Origin: a virus
Direction: 5' to 3' (one strand)
Length of the DNA: 64,000 nt
Virus record (IMG/VR): IMGVR_UViG_3300043122_000207
Location: 130,605 to 194,604 of that record
The position numbers were made by a program, and so were the translations under genes. Below, one piece after another: positions 10,028 to 20,893 of this stretch. Under the pieces are notes generated by a model. That model was not told the DNA's origin. It searched no databases and saw nothing but the letters and a program-made list of their open reading frames with translations. Each line of letters opens with the position of its first letter. Within the stretch, counting starts at the first letter, position 1.

Positions 10028-12025
10028 ATGGAGTTCAGTAAAAAGATTAGAGGTATGGTTGCAAATGCTAGACAAGAACCTGAAGACAAATTAGAAGAAT
10101 ATTCTGGTAAAGGTAATACAGTTCCTTTTGCAGGGAAGGTGATGCCCAATAGGGGCATCATGCATTCAGCCGCTTTAGACCAATTTGTAGAACCAATCGA
10201 TGGTGATATACCACAATGTAATACAGTATATGCTAACGATATTTTTCGTTCTACAGAGCAACTATTTGCTAAAGATGATATGGAAATACTTCATATTATA
10301 CCAAAAGTTATTGCTGGTAAAGAGACATGTGTTAAAGCATATATTCTGAAAGATAAAGATGATAAAATTCATCTACACATTAATCCTGGTTTTAAAGAAA
10401 CAAATGAATCTTACGGTTTCAGGGTTGACTCATCATTAGATGAAAAAGAAGTGGGTGACAAATTATCTAGTGAAGACACAATAATGAGACCACATGCCTT
10501 TGATAAGAACGGCATTTATAAAGGTGGAATAAATGCAAACACAATATACATGACAGCTTGGGAAACAGTTGAAGATGCATTTTTGGCTTCAGAGAGTTTC
10601 ATGAAAAAAGCTGCCAACTATAAAGTTTTCCACTATAAAGATGAATTTGATTTAGACAATGCAGTTATTAAAAATTTATATGGGGATATGAATAATTACA
10701 AACCATTCCCTATGATTGGTGAAAAGATACAAGATAATCCAGATAATAAATATGCTAATACAGCTGGTTTCTTATTATCTTATTCCACCAATGCATCAAA
10801 TGAAACTTTTCTGCGTTCCAATGAGAATCTGATGAAGATATCACAGGACGACACATTTAAAAAATATCCTGATGGTTCTGTTATAGTGGATATAACAGTT
10901 AGACAAGCTAGAGGTCAAGAATGTAAATCTGAATTTCTAAAAGGTTTGATTGATGACAATAGGGAATTCGAATTAGAAATATATGATTTATTAAATGAAT
11001 ACAAAGATGAAGGGTACGAGTTTTCAATCGATACCGAAGACCAGTATTTAAAATACCAGTATATTTATGAGAGGATAGCACCCAATGATGAACCATACAC
11101 ATTTAGAAGAGGTAAACACGGGTATGTTCCTTCTAATAAAATTTTGATTGATATTAAAATGGTTAAAATAAATATACCATTTACTGGTCAGAAATTCACA
11201 GGACAACATGGAAACAAAGGTGTTTGTTCGGTTGTTGTCCCTGATAAGGATGGAGATCTAAGGGATATGAAATGTGCAGGAGTTTTTAAAGATGGTACAA
11301 TAAAAACAGAAGATGGTAGAAATGTTGATTTTGTTATGTCAACAGCTGGTGTGATATCTCGTGCTAACCCGGGACAGTTGGATGTTAGAACCATAAATCA
11401 AATGTCATATAAGGTGGTTAAACATTTAAAAGATAACGACGATGAATACTCTGTTGCTGATAAATTAGATATCATAATGATGTTTGTTAAAATATTTTCT
11501 GATAAGCAAGTTGAAGCTTATGAAGAATTAGTAGAAGAGTTTGGTCCGGAGCATTTTCTAGATTATATCTATGAAGAAGGTATACTTTGGAATTTAAAAC
11601 CATTCTCTCATGGTATTACTGCAAACACTTATTTTATTGCGACAGAGTTTATGGATGAGGTTGGAATTGATTATGGTGATTTTGGTAAAGACTGGGTTTT
11701 GGTTGATGGTGAAAAAAGATTTAAAGCTGAGAATGCATCCATGTATATTTATCTTTTAAAACAGGATGCTCTAAAAAATATGTCAATAAGAACCAGGGGT
11801 GCCTATAATCAAAAAGACTCACCAACGAAAACTGAAAGTAAGAAAAAGCATACAGAAAAATATAGTAGTACACCCATAAAACAATCTTCAGATGATATGT
11901 TTTTATTGATGGGTATGCTTGAACCGGAAACTGTTAAGGGGATATTTTCAACTTCTGATTCATCGATAGTGGAAACACTAGAAGCACATCTTTCAATAAT
12001 GGGTGTTGAATTATCTAAGGATTAA
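10028..12025 (+). CDS. RNA polymerase beta subunit, C-terminal half (likely non-virion RNAP)
   Basis: VPFAGKVMPNRGIM, GQKFTGQHGNKGVCS, VDFVMSTAGVISRANPGQL, SIRTRGAY match conserved beta motifs; downstream of the early motif at 9132. Confidence 0.92.
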   Translation: MEFSKKIRGMVANARQEPEDKLEEYSGKGNTVPFAGKVMPNRGIMHSAALDQFVEPIDGDIPQCNTVYANDIFRSTEQLFAKDDMEILHIIPKVIAGKETCVKAYILKDKDDKIHLHINPGFKETNESYGFRVDSSLDEKEVGDKLSSEDTIMRPHAFDKNGIYKGGINANTIYMTAWETVEDAFLASESFMKKAANYKVFHYKDEFDLDNAVIKNLYGDMNNYKPFPMIGEKIQDNPDNKYANTAGFLLSYSTNASNETFLRSNENLMKISQDDTFKKYPDGSVIVDITVRQARGQECKSEFLKGLIDDNREFELEIYDLLNEYKDEGYEFSIDTEDQYLKYQYIYERIAPNDEPYTFRRGKHGYVPSNKILIDIKMVKINIPFTGQKFTGQHGNKGVCSVVVPDKDGDLRDMKCAGVFKDGTIKTEDGRNVDFVMSTAGVISRANPGQLDVRTINQMSYKVVKHLKDNDDEYSVADKLDIIMMFVKIFSDKQVEAYEELVEEFGPEHFLDYIYEEGILWNLKPFSHGITANTYFIATEFMDEVGIDYGDFGKDWVLVDGEKRFKAENASMYIYLLKQDALKNMSIRTRGAYNQKDSPTKTESKKKHTEKYSSTPIKQSSDDMFLLMGMLEPETVKGIFSTSDSSIVETLEAHLSIMGVELSKD

Positions 12026-12107
12026 AATCATAAATGATTTATGATTATATATTATTAGAGTGAAGCAAGTTGAATATTAAAAAATATTTTAAAAGGAGAT
12101 GTTAAGT

Positions 12108-12749
12108 ATGAGTTTAGTTATTAAGAATTTGGTGAAAAGCTTAAACGTTGATGAGAAGAATGGTAATGTTTATCTCGCAGATGGTAATGGTAAAGGCAAT
12201 AGTCAAGAGGGTGACAAGTTTGTGAATGTTGTTAAAGGAACAACATATCCAATTGAGGGTTTAACTTTTATCGAGGGTAGCGATGATAATTACATGATTC
12301 CTGATGATATGTCTGGTATGTATTTGGGTAAAGGTAACAAAGTAACAGGTTTACCTGATGATGATTATCTTATCGGTAATTGGAAGCTGGCATCAGTAAA
12401 TCCTAAACACTATGAAAGAAATACCAGAAGTACAGCTGGGGGAAGAAGTAGTGGTGGAAGAAAACCTAAGGTTACTATCAAAGAAAAGTTTAAAAGAAGT
12501 AAATCAGATAGTAGACCGACCGATGCTATTAAAGCGACACTGAATAGTATTATTCCATACGAAACTAATGATCTCACAAAAGGTGAGACAAAAGATTTAG
12601 AAAACATCGTGAATAATGTAGAGAAGAACACAGCATCTTATGATGACATGTTCTACTTATTAGATATTCTCGGTATTCGTAATGAGGTTGTTATTGGAGG
12701 TAAAAACCCTAATGGTGTATCCATGGGGAAAATTTATGTCAGAGTATAA
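12108..12749 (+). CDS. Hypothetical early protein
   Basis: AAGGAG RBS, early motif at 12044; no family recognised. Confidence 0.5.
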   Translation: MSLVIKNLVKSLNVDEKNGNVYLADGNGKGNSQEGDKFVNVVKGTTYPIEGLTFIEGSDDNYMIPDDMSGMYLGKGNKVTGLPDDDYLIGNWKLASVNPKHYERNTRSTAGGRSSGGRKPKVTIKEKFKRSKSDSRPTDAIKATLNSIIPYETNDLTKGETKDLENIVNNVEKNTASYDDMFYLLDILGIRNEVVIGGKNPNGVSMGKIYVRV

Positions 12750-12771
12750 TTAAAAAAAGGGGGTCTTTGTT

Positions 12772-13377
12772 ATGTCATTGATAATCAAGGATATAAATAG
12801 ATGTATTGTTGGAAAAAATAAATTTAATTTAGTCTATACAAAAGATAATGATGCAGCAGGGATTAAAGAAGACCTCCTGTTAAATACAAGGACAGAACAA
12901 ATTAAATCAAAAGATGAGATGACTTGTATTTATACAGAAGATGGGGATTGTTACTTATTCCCAAAGGATGAAGAAAAAAAATATATATCTAAAAAGGGTA
13001 AGGTTTCGCGATTACCAAAAGACGTATATTTGATTGATAATTGGCTCAGGACATCATCATCGGACACTGATATATTAAAGATGGTTGGTGATGATTATGT
13101 TATTACAGAAAAATTCCATCCAGCCGGTGGTGATGATGAGCTAACACTTCTAGCAAAAAATGTTATGAATCAGGTTATTCCAATAGTTATAAAAATACAG
13201 GGTAAATCTGATAAGACATGGCTTGATGCTAGAATGAAAGAAATAGAAAAGAATTCAATTTCGGCAAAGATGTTTCTGCAACTTTGTCAGACTTTGAATC
13301 TTCATGTCGACATGAGGGTTTATAGAGAAGAATTTGAAGGGGAAGAATTCATTGAGCAGAAAAGAAAATTAATTTAA
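12772..13377 (+). CDS. Hypothetical protein, possible C-terminal HTH
   Basis: SISAKMFLQLCQTLNLHVDMRV resembles the end of XRE-type HTH domains. Confidence 0.35.
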   Translation: MSLIIKDINRCIVGKNKFNLVYTKDNDAAGIKEDLLLNTRTEQIKSKDEMTCIYTEDGDCYLFPKDEEKKYISKKGKVSRLPKDVYLIDNWLRTSSSDTDILKMVGDDYVITEKFHPAGGDDELTLLAKNVMNQVIPIVIKIQGKSDKTWLDARMKEIEKNSISAKMFLQLCQTLNLHVDMRVYREEFEGEEFIEQKRKLI

Positions 13378-13390
13378 AGGAGATGGTAAA

Positions 13391-14014
13391 ATGAATGGAA
13401 ATAGAAATCAGATATTCAATGACATTATTGATGCGATGGAATACCACATCGATAATAATTTATCGGGCGGTGTGATAAGCAATGATCGAATGGAAGAGAT
13501 TAATATGATGCTCTTCAATCACTTAGCCAAAGGATCCAATAACCGAGATAGACAATTGGTTATTAATCGAAAGGTTAGAGGAAGAAGAGGTGAATCTGAT
13601 AAAGATTTTAAGCTGAGGTTGAGGGTTGACGTTGATGAAAGTCTGCGTTCCCGTAGACCACATGTTGATAGGTCAAGGATTGCTGAAAGAGAATCCAATG
13701 ACCTCAGAGAGGTATTTGAAAGATACACAATGAGTGTTTCAGAAATGGACAATAAAAGAGACATTGTTCAGCTCTATGTTAATACTTACATGTGTATCGA
13801 AGATGGGTTTGCGGATATGTTTGAAGAACTATTCCAAGATGGGAAGATGTCAGACCCAGGGTATCTCGATATGATTGCCAGTGGTGAAGTGTTCTATGAG
13901 TATGGTGGTTTTAGAATATTCCCAATGGCGAATGAATCGACATGGTCTTTAAGTTATGAAACTACACCATTAATTTCAACTGGAATCAAAAATGATTTTG
14001 GTTGGAATAATTAG
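13391..14014 (+). CDS. Hypothetical protein
   Basis: 207-aa ORF with AAGGAG RBS, followed by a terminator. Confidence 0.5.
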   Translation: MNGNRNQIFNDIIDAMEYHIDNNLSGGVISNDRMEEINMMLFNHLAKGSNNRDRQLVINRKVRGRRGESDKDFKLRLRVDVDESLRSRRPHVDRSRIAERESNDLREVFERYTMSVSEMDNKRDIVQLYVNTYMCIEDGFADMFEELFQDGKMSDPGYLDMIASGEVFYEYGGFRIFPMANESTWSLSYETTPLISTGIKNDFGWNN

Positions 14015-14027
14015 TGTGGTGTATAAA

Positions 14028-14056
14028 ATAGCGGTTGTTATGGCCGCTATTTTTTT
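14028..14056 (+). terminator. Intrinsic terminator
   Basis: ATAGCGG/CCGCTAT stem plus T run. Confidence 0.8.
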
Positions 14057-14085
14057 CTTTAATATAGAAAAAGGGAGATGATATT

Positions 14086-15507
14086 GTGGCAAGCGATATG
14101 ACCAATAGACTATATGAGTTGATGCAAGAAAAGATTGTAAACGATTCTATATTGGATCCTGAATTAAGGGATATGATACCAGTCGTAATTGAGACATTAA
14201 AGAAACTACCAAAGTTAACAATGGTGGGGTATAGGAAAGAAAGAATAAATCCTAGAAAACAATTTGAAATCGAAATGGAAGATTCAATAATCAAGAAAAC
14301 AAACAATACAAAAAGAAATAATGTTGAGTATTCCATTGACTTAGAAGAAAGCAAAGTGGATATTTTAAGATGTTATTTTATAATAACACCAGAGATTATT
14401 TCTGACTCTAAAAAAGATGTCGCAATTACAAATACCAAATATAAGCTTCTCAGAGTTATGGATAGGTTGGATGAAGTTTTTGAAAGTGAACTTTTAACCG
14501 AGTTATTAGAGAGTAAAGATAGAGTATCAACTGAAAATGTGGATCCTGAAAACGAAGATGTAAATATGGTATTAGAAGTTCCATTTTTAGTGCCGAGGTT
14601 AGTTGATGGGCAATATTTTCTATTAAACAACAGAAGATTTTTCTCTGCTTTCTATTTACAAAGAGAAGCTAGGGTTACCAATGAAGGGAAACTGGAGATA
14701 GTGAATATTAACCCTGGTGCGTATAATGGGGAAGATGAAATACTTTCTTATATCTATCTCACAGATGAAGAATCAGAAGAAGAAGTTATAGAATATTATT
14801 TCTTCGGTAATAAGCTGAATCCTTTTTGTTTCTTACCAAACAATATAAAACTCCATAAAATGTTTCCCGAGTATTTTTCATATAGAGCAAGGGTTTATAA
14901 TGATAAAAGGAATAAAATAGAACCCGAAACTAAAGAAGGAAAAATACTTTTGAGAACATACAATAAATGGAGAAACGAGGATAGGGCTAAGTTTAGAAGG
15001 GCTAGAAAGAAATCTTTAGAAGGTGATGAAGAAAACGATTATGTTTATAAGTTGATCAGTAAAATAAATCCCGATGAGATAGTGGATGCAATAAATGCTG
15101 TTTTGAATCCGGGTGACCAAATTATAATGTTTGATATCCATAAATCTTTAAGGAAGTTTTTAAAGATTAATATAATAGATTCATTCCCTGGCTTTAGAAA
15201 AAGACAGCAACCTAGCATGGTAAAGAAAAGATATAGGATAAATCCTGAAACCGTAGTAATGATAATGAAAATGAAAAAACAATATACATCAACTGTGGTT
15301 CAGGCAGCTAACACTATAGATTTATTTCCTAGGTTCACTTATATTTCTGAAATGGAAAGTGGTTCTAAAATAAAAGATAAGAACTTACGAAAATTCAGAA
15401 AAAAACATGTCGGTTTAATTGACCCTATAGCCACATCCACATCTGAGAATTTGGGTTTATCTGGTGGTATGGTTTTTTCTGTTCCAGATAAACATATAAT
15501 GAGGTAG
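14086..15507 (+). CDS. RNA polymerase beta subunit, N-terminal half
   Basis: VPRLVDGQYFLLNNRRFF (beta G.FIING.ERV region) and HVGLIDPIATSTSENLGLSG (beta HYGRICPIETPEGPNIGL region). Confidence 0.85.
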   Translation: MASDMTNRLYELMQEKIVNDSILDPELRDMIPVVIETLKKLPKLTMVGYRKERINPRKQFEIEMEDSIIKKTNNTKRNNVEYSIDLEESKVDILRCYFIITPEIISDSKKDVAITNTKYKLLRVMDRLDEVFESELLTELLESKDRVSTENVDPENEDVNMVLEVPFLVPRLVDGQYFLLNNRRFFSAFYLQREARVTNEGKLEIVNINPGAYNGEDEILSYIYLTDEESEEEVIEYYFFGNKLNPFCFLPNNIKLHKMFPEYFSYRARVYNDKRNKIEPETKEGKILLRTYNKWRNEDRAKFRRARKKSLEGDEENDYVYKLISKINPDEIVDAINAVLNPGDQIIMFDIHKSLRKFLKINIIDSFPGFRKRQQPSMVKKRYRINPETVVMIMKMKKQYTSTVVQAANTIDLFPRFTYISEMESGSKIKDKNLRKFRKKHVGLIDPIATSTSENLGLSGGMVFSVPDKHIMR

Positions 15508-15516
15508 GTGATTAAA

Positions 15517-15582
15517 ATGAACTCAACATTCTATTACCTATATTTAGATTGGGATGGGAGTGTATGGTTGAGTAACTTTTAA
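15517..15582 (+). CDS. Putative 21-aa small protein MNSTFYYLYLDWDGSVWLSNF
   Basis: AGGTGA RBS, ATG 15517, TAA 15582; sits between the RNAP gene and a terminator. Confidence 0.3.
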   Translation: MNSTFYYLYLDWDGSVWLSNF

Positions 15583-15588
15583 TTAAAA

Positions 15589-15619
15589 GCGACCCTTTAT
15601 TGGGTCGTTTTATTTTTTT
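15589..15619 (+). terminator. Intrinsic terminator
   Basis: CGACCC/GGGTCG stem plus T run. Confidence 0.8.
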
Positions 15620-15662
15620 ATTATCAAAAACAATTCTTTAGGATATATACAAACCAAAGGGT

Positions 15663-18266
15663 GTGGAAATTATGTGGCTTAGATATATAAGGTTAGAAAA
15701 CTATACTTTTTTTAATTCGGGCATGGATAAAAATGTGGTGGAAATGGAATTTGATAAAGAGGATGATATTGTAGTTATAAGTGGTGATAATGGGTCTGGT
15801 AAAACAACATTCACTAAACTTGCTCACAGTCCTTTACCGAAGATAGATAATAACTATGGTATAATTAAAAATCATGCTGGTAAAAAAATTCAAATATACG
15901 TTGATGAAAAAAATGACAGAGAAATAGAAGTTATCCATAACTTCAATCCTAAAAAGGATACACATTCATGTGATTCTTTTATGAACATTATAGAAGACGG
16001 GGAGAAAAAGGAACTAAACAATAATGGCAGTGTTAGGTCTTTTTATGATCTTGTAGAGGAGTATTTTGGTATAACAAGAAACAATGAAGATGTTTTATAT
16101 ACGGCTGTTAAGGAATTGGGTTTAGTGACTAAGACAGCAGCTGAAAGAAGAGAGTATGTTAAAGGATTTATAAATGGTCTTGAAGAAATAGATGATAGGT
16201 ATAAGGTAGTTAATGAAAAATACTCTATAATAAAAAAAGAGCTTAAAGCTAATGAGATTAAATTAAAAAAATATCCAGATAGTGACGAGATGAAATCAGA
16301 GATAAAAGAAATGAAAAAAATGGTTACTATCAAAAAATCTGAATTAAAAAATATCCATAAAAAGATGGGTACTATAGAAAATATATCTGAAGACGAGTTA
16401 AAAGAAATAAAAGAAACAAAAAAGAAATATCAAAAGGATATATCTGATGCAAAAGAGGCTATAAAGATATTGGGAAAATTGGATTCAAATAAATCTTTAA
16501 AATATAATGAAGATGAATATAAAGGATATCTCAAAAGAAATAAAAAGAAACTTAAAGATATTGAAGAAGAAATAAAATCAAAAAATAAAGCTCTTATAAA
16601 TTTAAAGAAAGACTCGAAGGGTTTGGTTAAATTAAAAGAGGATAGACAATACGTTGAGTCTTTAGGTGAGAGATTAAACGAAGTTGATGACGAGATAAAG
16701 GGTATCAAAACAGATTATACTTATGAGGAATACTCTGAGATTAAAACCTTTATTAATAATGTCATCACATCCTTAGATATGTTATCTAATAATATTATTG
16801 AGATTGGTTCATTAAAAAGAGATTTAAAAAAAGAATTGGAAAAAAATAAAAAAGATATTGAAGATTTGACTAAAGAACAAAATGAAATCAAAAAGAATAT
16901 GGAGTCTATATCTGGTTCCTATGGTGGTTTTTTTGATGAAAATATAAAACCACATCCTAAGTGTGAATTTGAAAGTTGTGATTTAAGACAGGCTTTTAAT
17001 GGATACATCACCAATATGGATGAAATAAATGAGTTGTCTACCAAACTTAATTTGATTTCTGAGAAGATAGAAAACATTGAAGAAGAAACACAAATTATAA
17101 ATAATGATCTTCAGTGGAAAGAAAGATATGATAGATTAGTTTCAGAGCTAGAAGATAGAGATACATTATTAAAAAAGGATGAAGATTTAAAAAATCTAAC
17201 AAAAGACAAAATTTTTAATACTTTAAAAATAGGGAAATATTCTCAATTAGAAAATAAGATCTCTGTAAAATTTGATAAGTTAGATAAGTATTTTAAATAT
17301 TTGGATGATAAAAAAAGATATGAGTCTTTTAATTCTGTTTCTGAAAAGGAGAATGATCTTTTAGATAGGTATGAAAAAGAAAAGGAAAAGATTTTAGAAA
17401 AAAGAGAAGAATTAAATGAGAAGAAAAAAGAAATAGAAAAGAAGGTAAAAAAATATAAAGATAAAATAGATAAATTATCTATTGGTTTTAATAATAATCT
17501 GGTAGAGAATTTAAATATGGAGTCTTTAAAAGAAATAATAAAAGAGCGAGAACTGTCATTGGAAAAATTGGATAAACAGTTAGAAGAAATCCAAAAGAAA
17601 ATAGAGAGTAAAAAAGCTTTAGAAAAAAATGAGAAAACTATCAATGAAGAACTGAAGACATATGAAAAAAGAGTAGAAAAACTCAATGAAGATTTAACCA
17701 TTATGAAACATCTGGAGAAAGAATTCGTTCGATTAAATAAAGAAGAAAAGATAACTTATGCTATAAGAGAAACACTTAGAATACATTTACCTATAACTTT
17801 AATTGATTCTTTTCTTGAAAGTGTAAAGCTATATGCTAATAAGTTTTTGAAAGATGCTAATTTAGAATATAGGGTTTCTGATTTTGAGATATCAGAAAAC
17901 ACATTTAGGATTGAATCTATGAAAAAAAATCATATTTATACCGATGTTTCAAATATGAGTGACGGCGAAACATGTTTTATGTCTTTAGCAATATCGTTTG
18001 CCATACAGGTTGTTTTAGATTCATTAAACAATTATAAAATTGTGGCTTTAGATGAAATGGACTCTCTTTTAAAAGATTCAAGAAAGAAAAAATATATGGA
18101 TATAGTTATGTCTCAGTTTTCTAACTTCGATTTGTCACAGATGTTTATTGTGACACATAATGAGTATTTTAATGATTTAAATAATGTATCCCATATATGT
18201 CTTAAGGATTCGACTGTAGATAAATTTGATAAATCAAAGAAGATAATTTACCATTATGACGATTGA
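15663..18266 (+). CDS. sbcC: SbcC/Rad50-like ABC ATPase
   Basis: GDNGSGKTT, long coiled coils, central CEFESC hook, MSDGE signature, ALDEMD Walker B, IVTHN. Confidence 0.9.
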   Translation: MEIMWLRYIRLENYTFFNSGMDKNVVEMEFDKEDDIVVISGDNGSGKTTFTKLAHSPLPKIDNNYGIIKNHAGKKIQIYVDEKNDREIEVIHNFNPKKDTHSCDSFMNIIEDGEKKELNNNGSVRSFYDLVEEYFGITRNNEDVLYTAVKELGLVTKTAAERREYVKGFINGLEEIDDRYKVVNEKYSIIKKELKANEIKLKKYPDSDEMKSEIKEMKKMVTIKKSELKNIHKKMGTIENISEDELKEIKETKKKYQKDISDAKEAIKILGKLDSNKSLKYNEDEYKGYLKRNKKKLKDIEEEIKSKNKALINLKKDSKGLVKLKEDRQYVESLGERLNEVDDEIKGIKTDYTYEEYSEIKTFINNVITSLDMLSNNIIEIGSLKRDLKKELEKNKKDIEDLTKEQNEIKKNMESISGSYGGFFDENIKPHPKCEFESCDLRQAFNGYITNMDEINELSTKLNLISEKIENIEEETQIINNDLQWKERYDRLVSELEDRDTLLKKDEDLKNLTKDKIFNTLKIGKYSQLENKISVKFDKLDKYFKYLDDKKRYESFNSVSEKENDLLDRYEKEKEKILEKREELNEKKKEIEKKVKKYKDKIDKLSIGFNNNLVENLNMESLKEIIKERELSLEKLDKQLEEIQKKIESKKALEKNEKTINEELKTYEKRVEKLNEDLTIMKHLEKEFVRLNKEEKITYAIRETLRIHLPITLIDSFLESVKLYANKFLKDANLEYRVSDFEISENTFRIESMKKNHIYTDVSNMSDGETCFMSLAISFAIQVVLDSLNNYKIVALDEMDSLLKDSRKKKYMDIVMSQFSNFDLSQMFIVTHNEYFNDLNNVSHICLKDSTVDKFDKSKKIIYHYDD

Positions 18267-18333
18267 GTTCTATGATTATATATTATATATGCGAAATGAA
18301 AAAATTATTTAATCAATATAAGGAGTTGATTTT

Positions 18334-19884
18334 ATGGAGATGGATAGAAAAGTTTATTTTGCAGTTAGGAATGAAAAAGAATTAGAGTTTAATGTTTATC
18401 AAAGGAGTTATATTTTTCATGCAAGTCAAAAGAAGTCTTATGATGGTAAGACTATAAAATCGATTGAGGCAACATGTTCTCAATTAAACCATTTTATTCT
18501 TTATTTAGAAAGAAGAATGGAAGATGAATCAATAGATGAATCAGAAGGTGATTTAGGATACTTTATAGTTAAGATGATGCGTCTAAATGATTTATTAGAT
18601 AGAAATAATATGGATCAAGCAGTTTGGGAGGAAGTAAAAGAAAAGTCAACCAGATTTTATGATGAAAAGCTGAAGTATTTTAAAAGAGTTGTGACTGAAG
18701 AGTTAGTAAACGATGTCCACTTGGGTACTCTGATATCAGATTATGTTTATTCAAATACACTTAAAAACCTAACTTCAGCAGATAACATAAAAGAGAAATT
18801 GTTTTATAGTGATATTCATATTTATCATTGTCTGTCGGTATATACTAAAATATTGTATTTTATGTATTTTAGGTTTTCTGATGAGACATCTTATAAAAGA
18901 ATATCTAAATCAATAACTATAGAACTTTCATCTTTAATGAATCAGATGGCTTTGGATATCTTTCCTAAGGAATATACTAGAATCAATAATATTTCTTTTA
19001 TGGATAGATTGTTCAATTATATTCAATTCCAGAACAGAATAAATTCTAGAACACACACTAAATTACAGGATAAGTTTTCTGCTATAGGTTATAGTGAGGA
19101 GTCACTTTCGATTAGTATGTTAGATAGTGTTATATCTTCCCTTAAAAATTTTGGTGTGATAACTTATAAAAGAAGTAGAGGTAAAAGAAAAACTTTTGAT
19201 ATATTTAAACACAAGTATGAAAATTGGGGTTATGTTGCTAAGAACACAGCAGCAATCATTTCCTCTACAACCAAAAGAACTGTGAGTTATATGTTTGCTC
19301 AGACTACACCGTATGTTATAAATAAGAAATCACCGACTGTTATGGTTGATGGTGTTTCAGAAAGTAGTAAGTACGAGATACTTTTAGAAAAGAAAAACAA
19401 AGAACACTATCAGGATATGAAAAGGATTAAACGATATATTATCAATGATTGTTATGAGAATATATCAGCTGAAAGTCGTGATGAGATTGATAAACTATTG
19501 GAGGGTGGCACAGATATTAGACATCAATTAAATAAATTTATGGTGTCTTTATTTTTGGAGCAAAATTATGAAGCCAATGTTTTGGATCTTATAACCTATG
19601 AGGAGTTTTTAACTATATTATTTAGGGTTTATGAAAGAATGGATAAATACTATAGAATAAAACATGCTTTGATTTCCCCAGTGGGTAATCGGTTAAACGG
19701 TATTAGAGTAAGAGAAAAAGATTTGGAAGGTTTATTATTTTATAGGAACTGTAATAAACCTAAAACCATAAAGATATTAAATAAGATAGTTGGTTATTCA
19801 TATACATTCAATCGTGATGTTGTTAGAAATTTAAATATTAAAGATGAAATGATAGATTTTATTGCGGATGGTCTTGTGATATGA
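18334..19884 (+). CDS. Hypothetical 516-aa helical early protein (candidate RNAP specificity subunit)
   Basis: Early motif at 18275; ATGA overlap with the primase gene; function inferred from size and context only. Confidence 0.3.
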   Translation: MEMDRKVYFAVRNEKELEFNVYQRSYIFHASQKKSYDGKTIKSIEATCSQLNHFILYLERRMEDESIDESEGDLGYFIVKMMRLNDLLDRNNMDQAVWEEVKEKSTRFYDEKLKYFKRVVTEELVNDVHLGTLISDYVYSNTLKNLTSADNIKEKLFYSDIHIYHCLSVYTKILYFMYFRFSDETSYKRISKSITIELSSLMNQMALDIFPKEYTRINNISFMDRLFNYIQFQNRINSRTHTKLQDKFSAIGYSEESLSISMLDSVISSLKNFGVITYKRSRGKRKTFDIFKHKYENWGYVAKNTAAIISSTTKRTVSYMFAQTTPYVINKKSPTVMVDGVSESSKYEILLEKKNKEHYQDMKRIKRYIINDCYENISAESRDEIDKLLEGGTDIRHQLNKFMVSLFLEQNYEANVLDLITYEEFLTILFRVYERMDKYYRIKHALISPVGNRLNGIRVREKDLEGLLFYRNCNKPKTIKILNKIVGYSYTFNRDVVRNLNIKDEMIDFIADGLVI

Positions 19885-20882
19885 TTGAACCTAAACAAAA
19901 AATAGTAGATTTTTTAATGGATCGTTATGATGCAAAGACCCAAAATAACGGTATATGGTATAAGATAAGATGTCCTTTTTGTGGTGATAGTAATAAACAC
20001 AAATATTCGAGACATTTAAATATAAGAATACCATATGATGATAATATGATGGTTGCCAAATGTTTTCAACCTAAATGTGATGTAGGTGGTCTTTTAAATA
20101 GAGACCACCTTGTGAAAATGGGGATGTCAGATACTTCTGTTTTGAAATTTATAACTGATAAAGCTAAAGTAAATAAGTCTATTGTCAATAAAATTTCATC
20201 TACTAATTTACATTTGGCTCTACCGGATAAACCACATGACGAGGTTTCAGAATATTTTAAAGCAAGAACCAATGTTCCTTTAAACGATAGGAGTATTAAA
20301 AGATATAACGTCGTGGGGGATTTTGGTTGGTTTTTAGAGAGAAATAAAAATAAGTTTAAAGAGAATCGAAGATTAAATAAGTTAAGAGATAATGAAAAAG
20401 AAGGATACAGGTATATTGGTTTTTTAAATGAGACAGGGACATTTATGAATATACGTTCCATAAATGATGATAGGAAAAAGCATATAAAAGTCCCAATAGT
20501 TAAGTTTCCTATATATGTTTACCATAAACCTTATGCTATAGATAATAATTTTGATATTACACATGACGAAGTTTATATAGTTTTGGCTGAGGGTATATTT
20601 GACACCATAAACATCAGTAATTACCTTGGAGGTATAAATGCCTTATATGTGCAAACAGGCTCAGCAGGAGGTATGTATGGGATGTTTAAGCGGTTATCTA
20701 AATACTACTATGTTGATTGGATGTTTGTTAGAGATGAAGATGTAGAAATAAGTTTCTTTAAGAATATAAAAAAATACAATGATTATAGGTTCAGGAACAA
20801 AGCTTATGTAGTTTATAATGAACTATCTAAAGATTTTGGTGATTTTAGAGAACCTGTAAGAATGCACAAAATAAAAATATAA
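19881..20882 (+). CDS. DNA primase-like (zinc finger + TOPRIM)
   Basis: IRCPFCGDS..H...HL, CFQPKC; TOPRIM IVLAEGIFDTIN; RDED; KDFGD. Confidence 0.75.
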   Translation: MIEPKQKIVDFLMDRYDAKTQNNGIWYKIRCPFCGDSNKHKYSRHLNIRIPYDDNMMVAKCFQPKCDVGGLLNRDHLVKMGMSDTSVLKFITDKAKVNKSIVNKISSTNLHLALPDKPHDEVSEYFKARTNVPLNDRSIKRYNVVGDFGWFLERNKNKFKENRRLNKLRDNEKEGYRYIGFLNETGTFMNIRSINDDRKKHIKVPIVKFPIYVYHKPYAIDNNFDITHDEVYIVLAEGIFDTINISNYLGGINALYVQTGSAGGMYGMFKRLSKYYYVDWMFVRDEDVEISFFKNIKKYNDYRFRNKAYVVYNELSKDFGDFREPVRMHKIKI

Positions 20883-20893
20883 GGAGGAAAACA

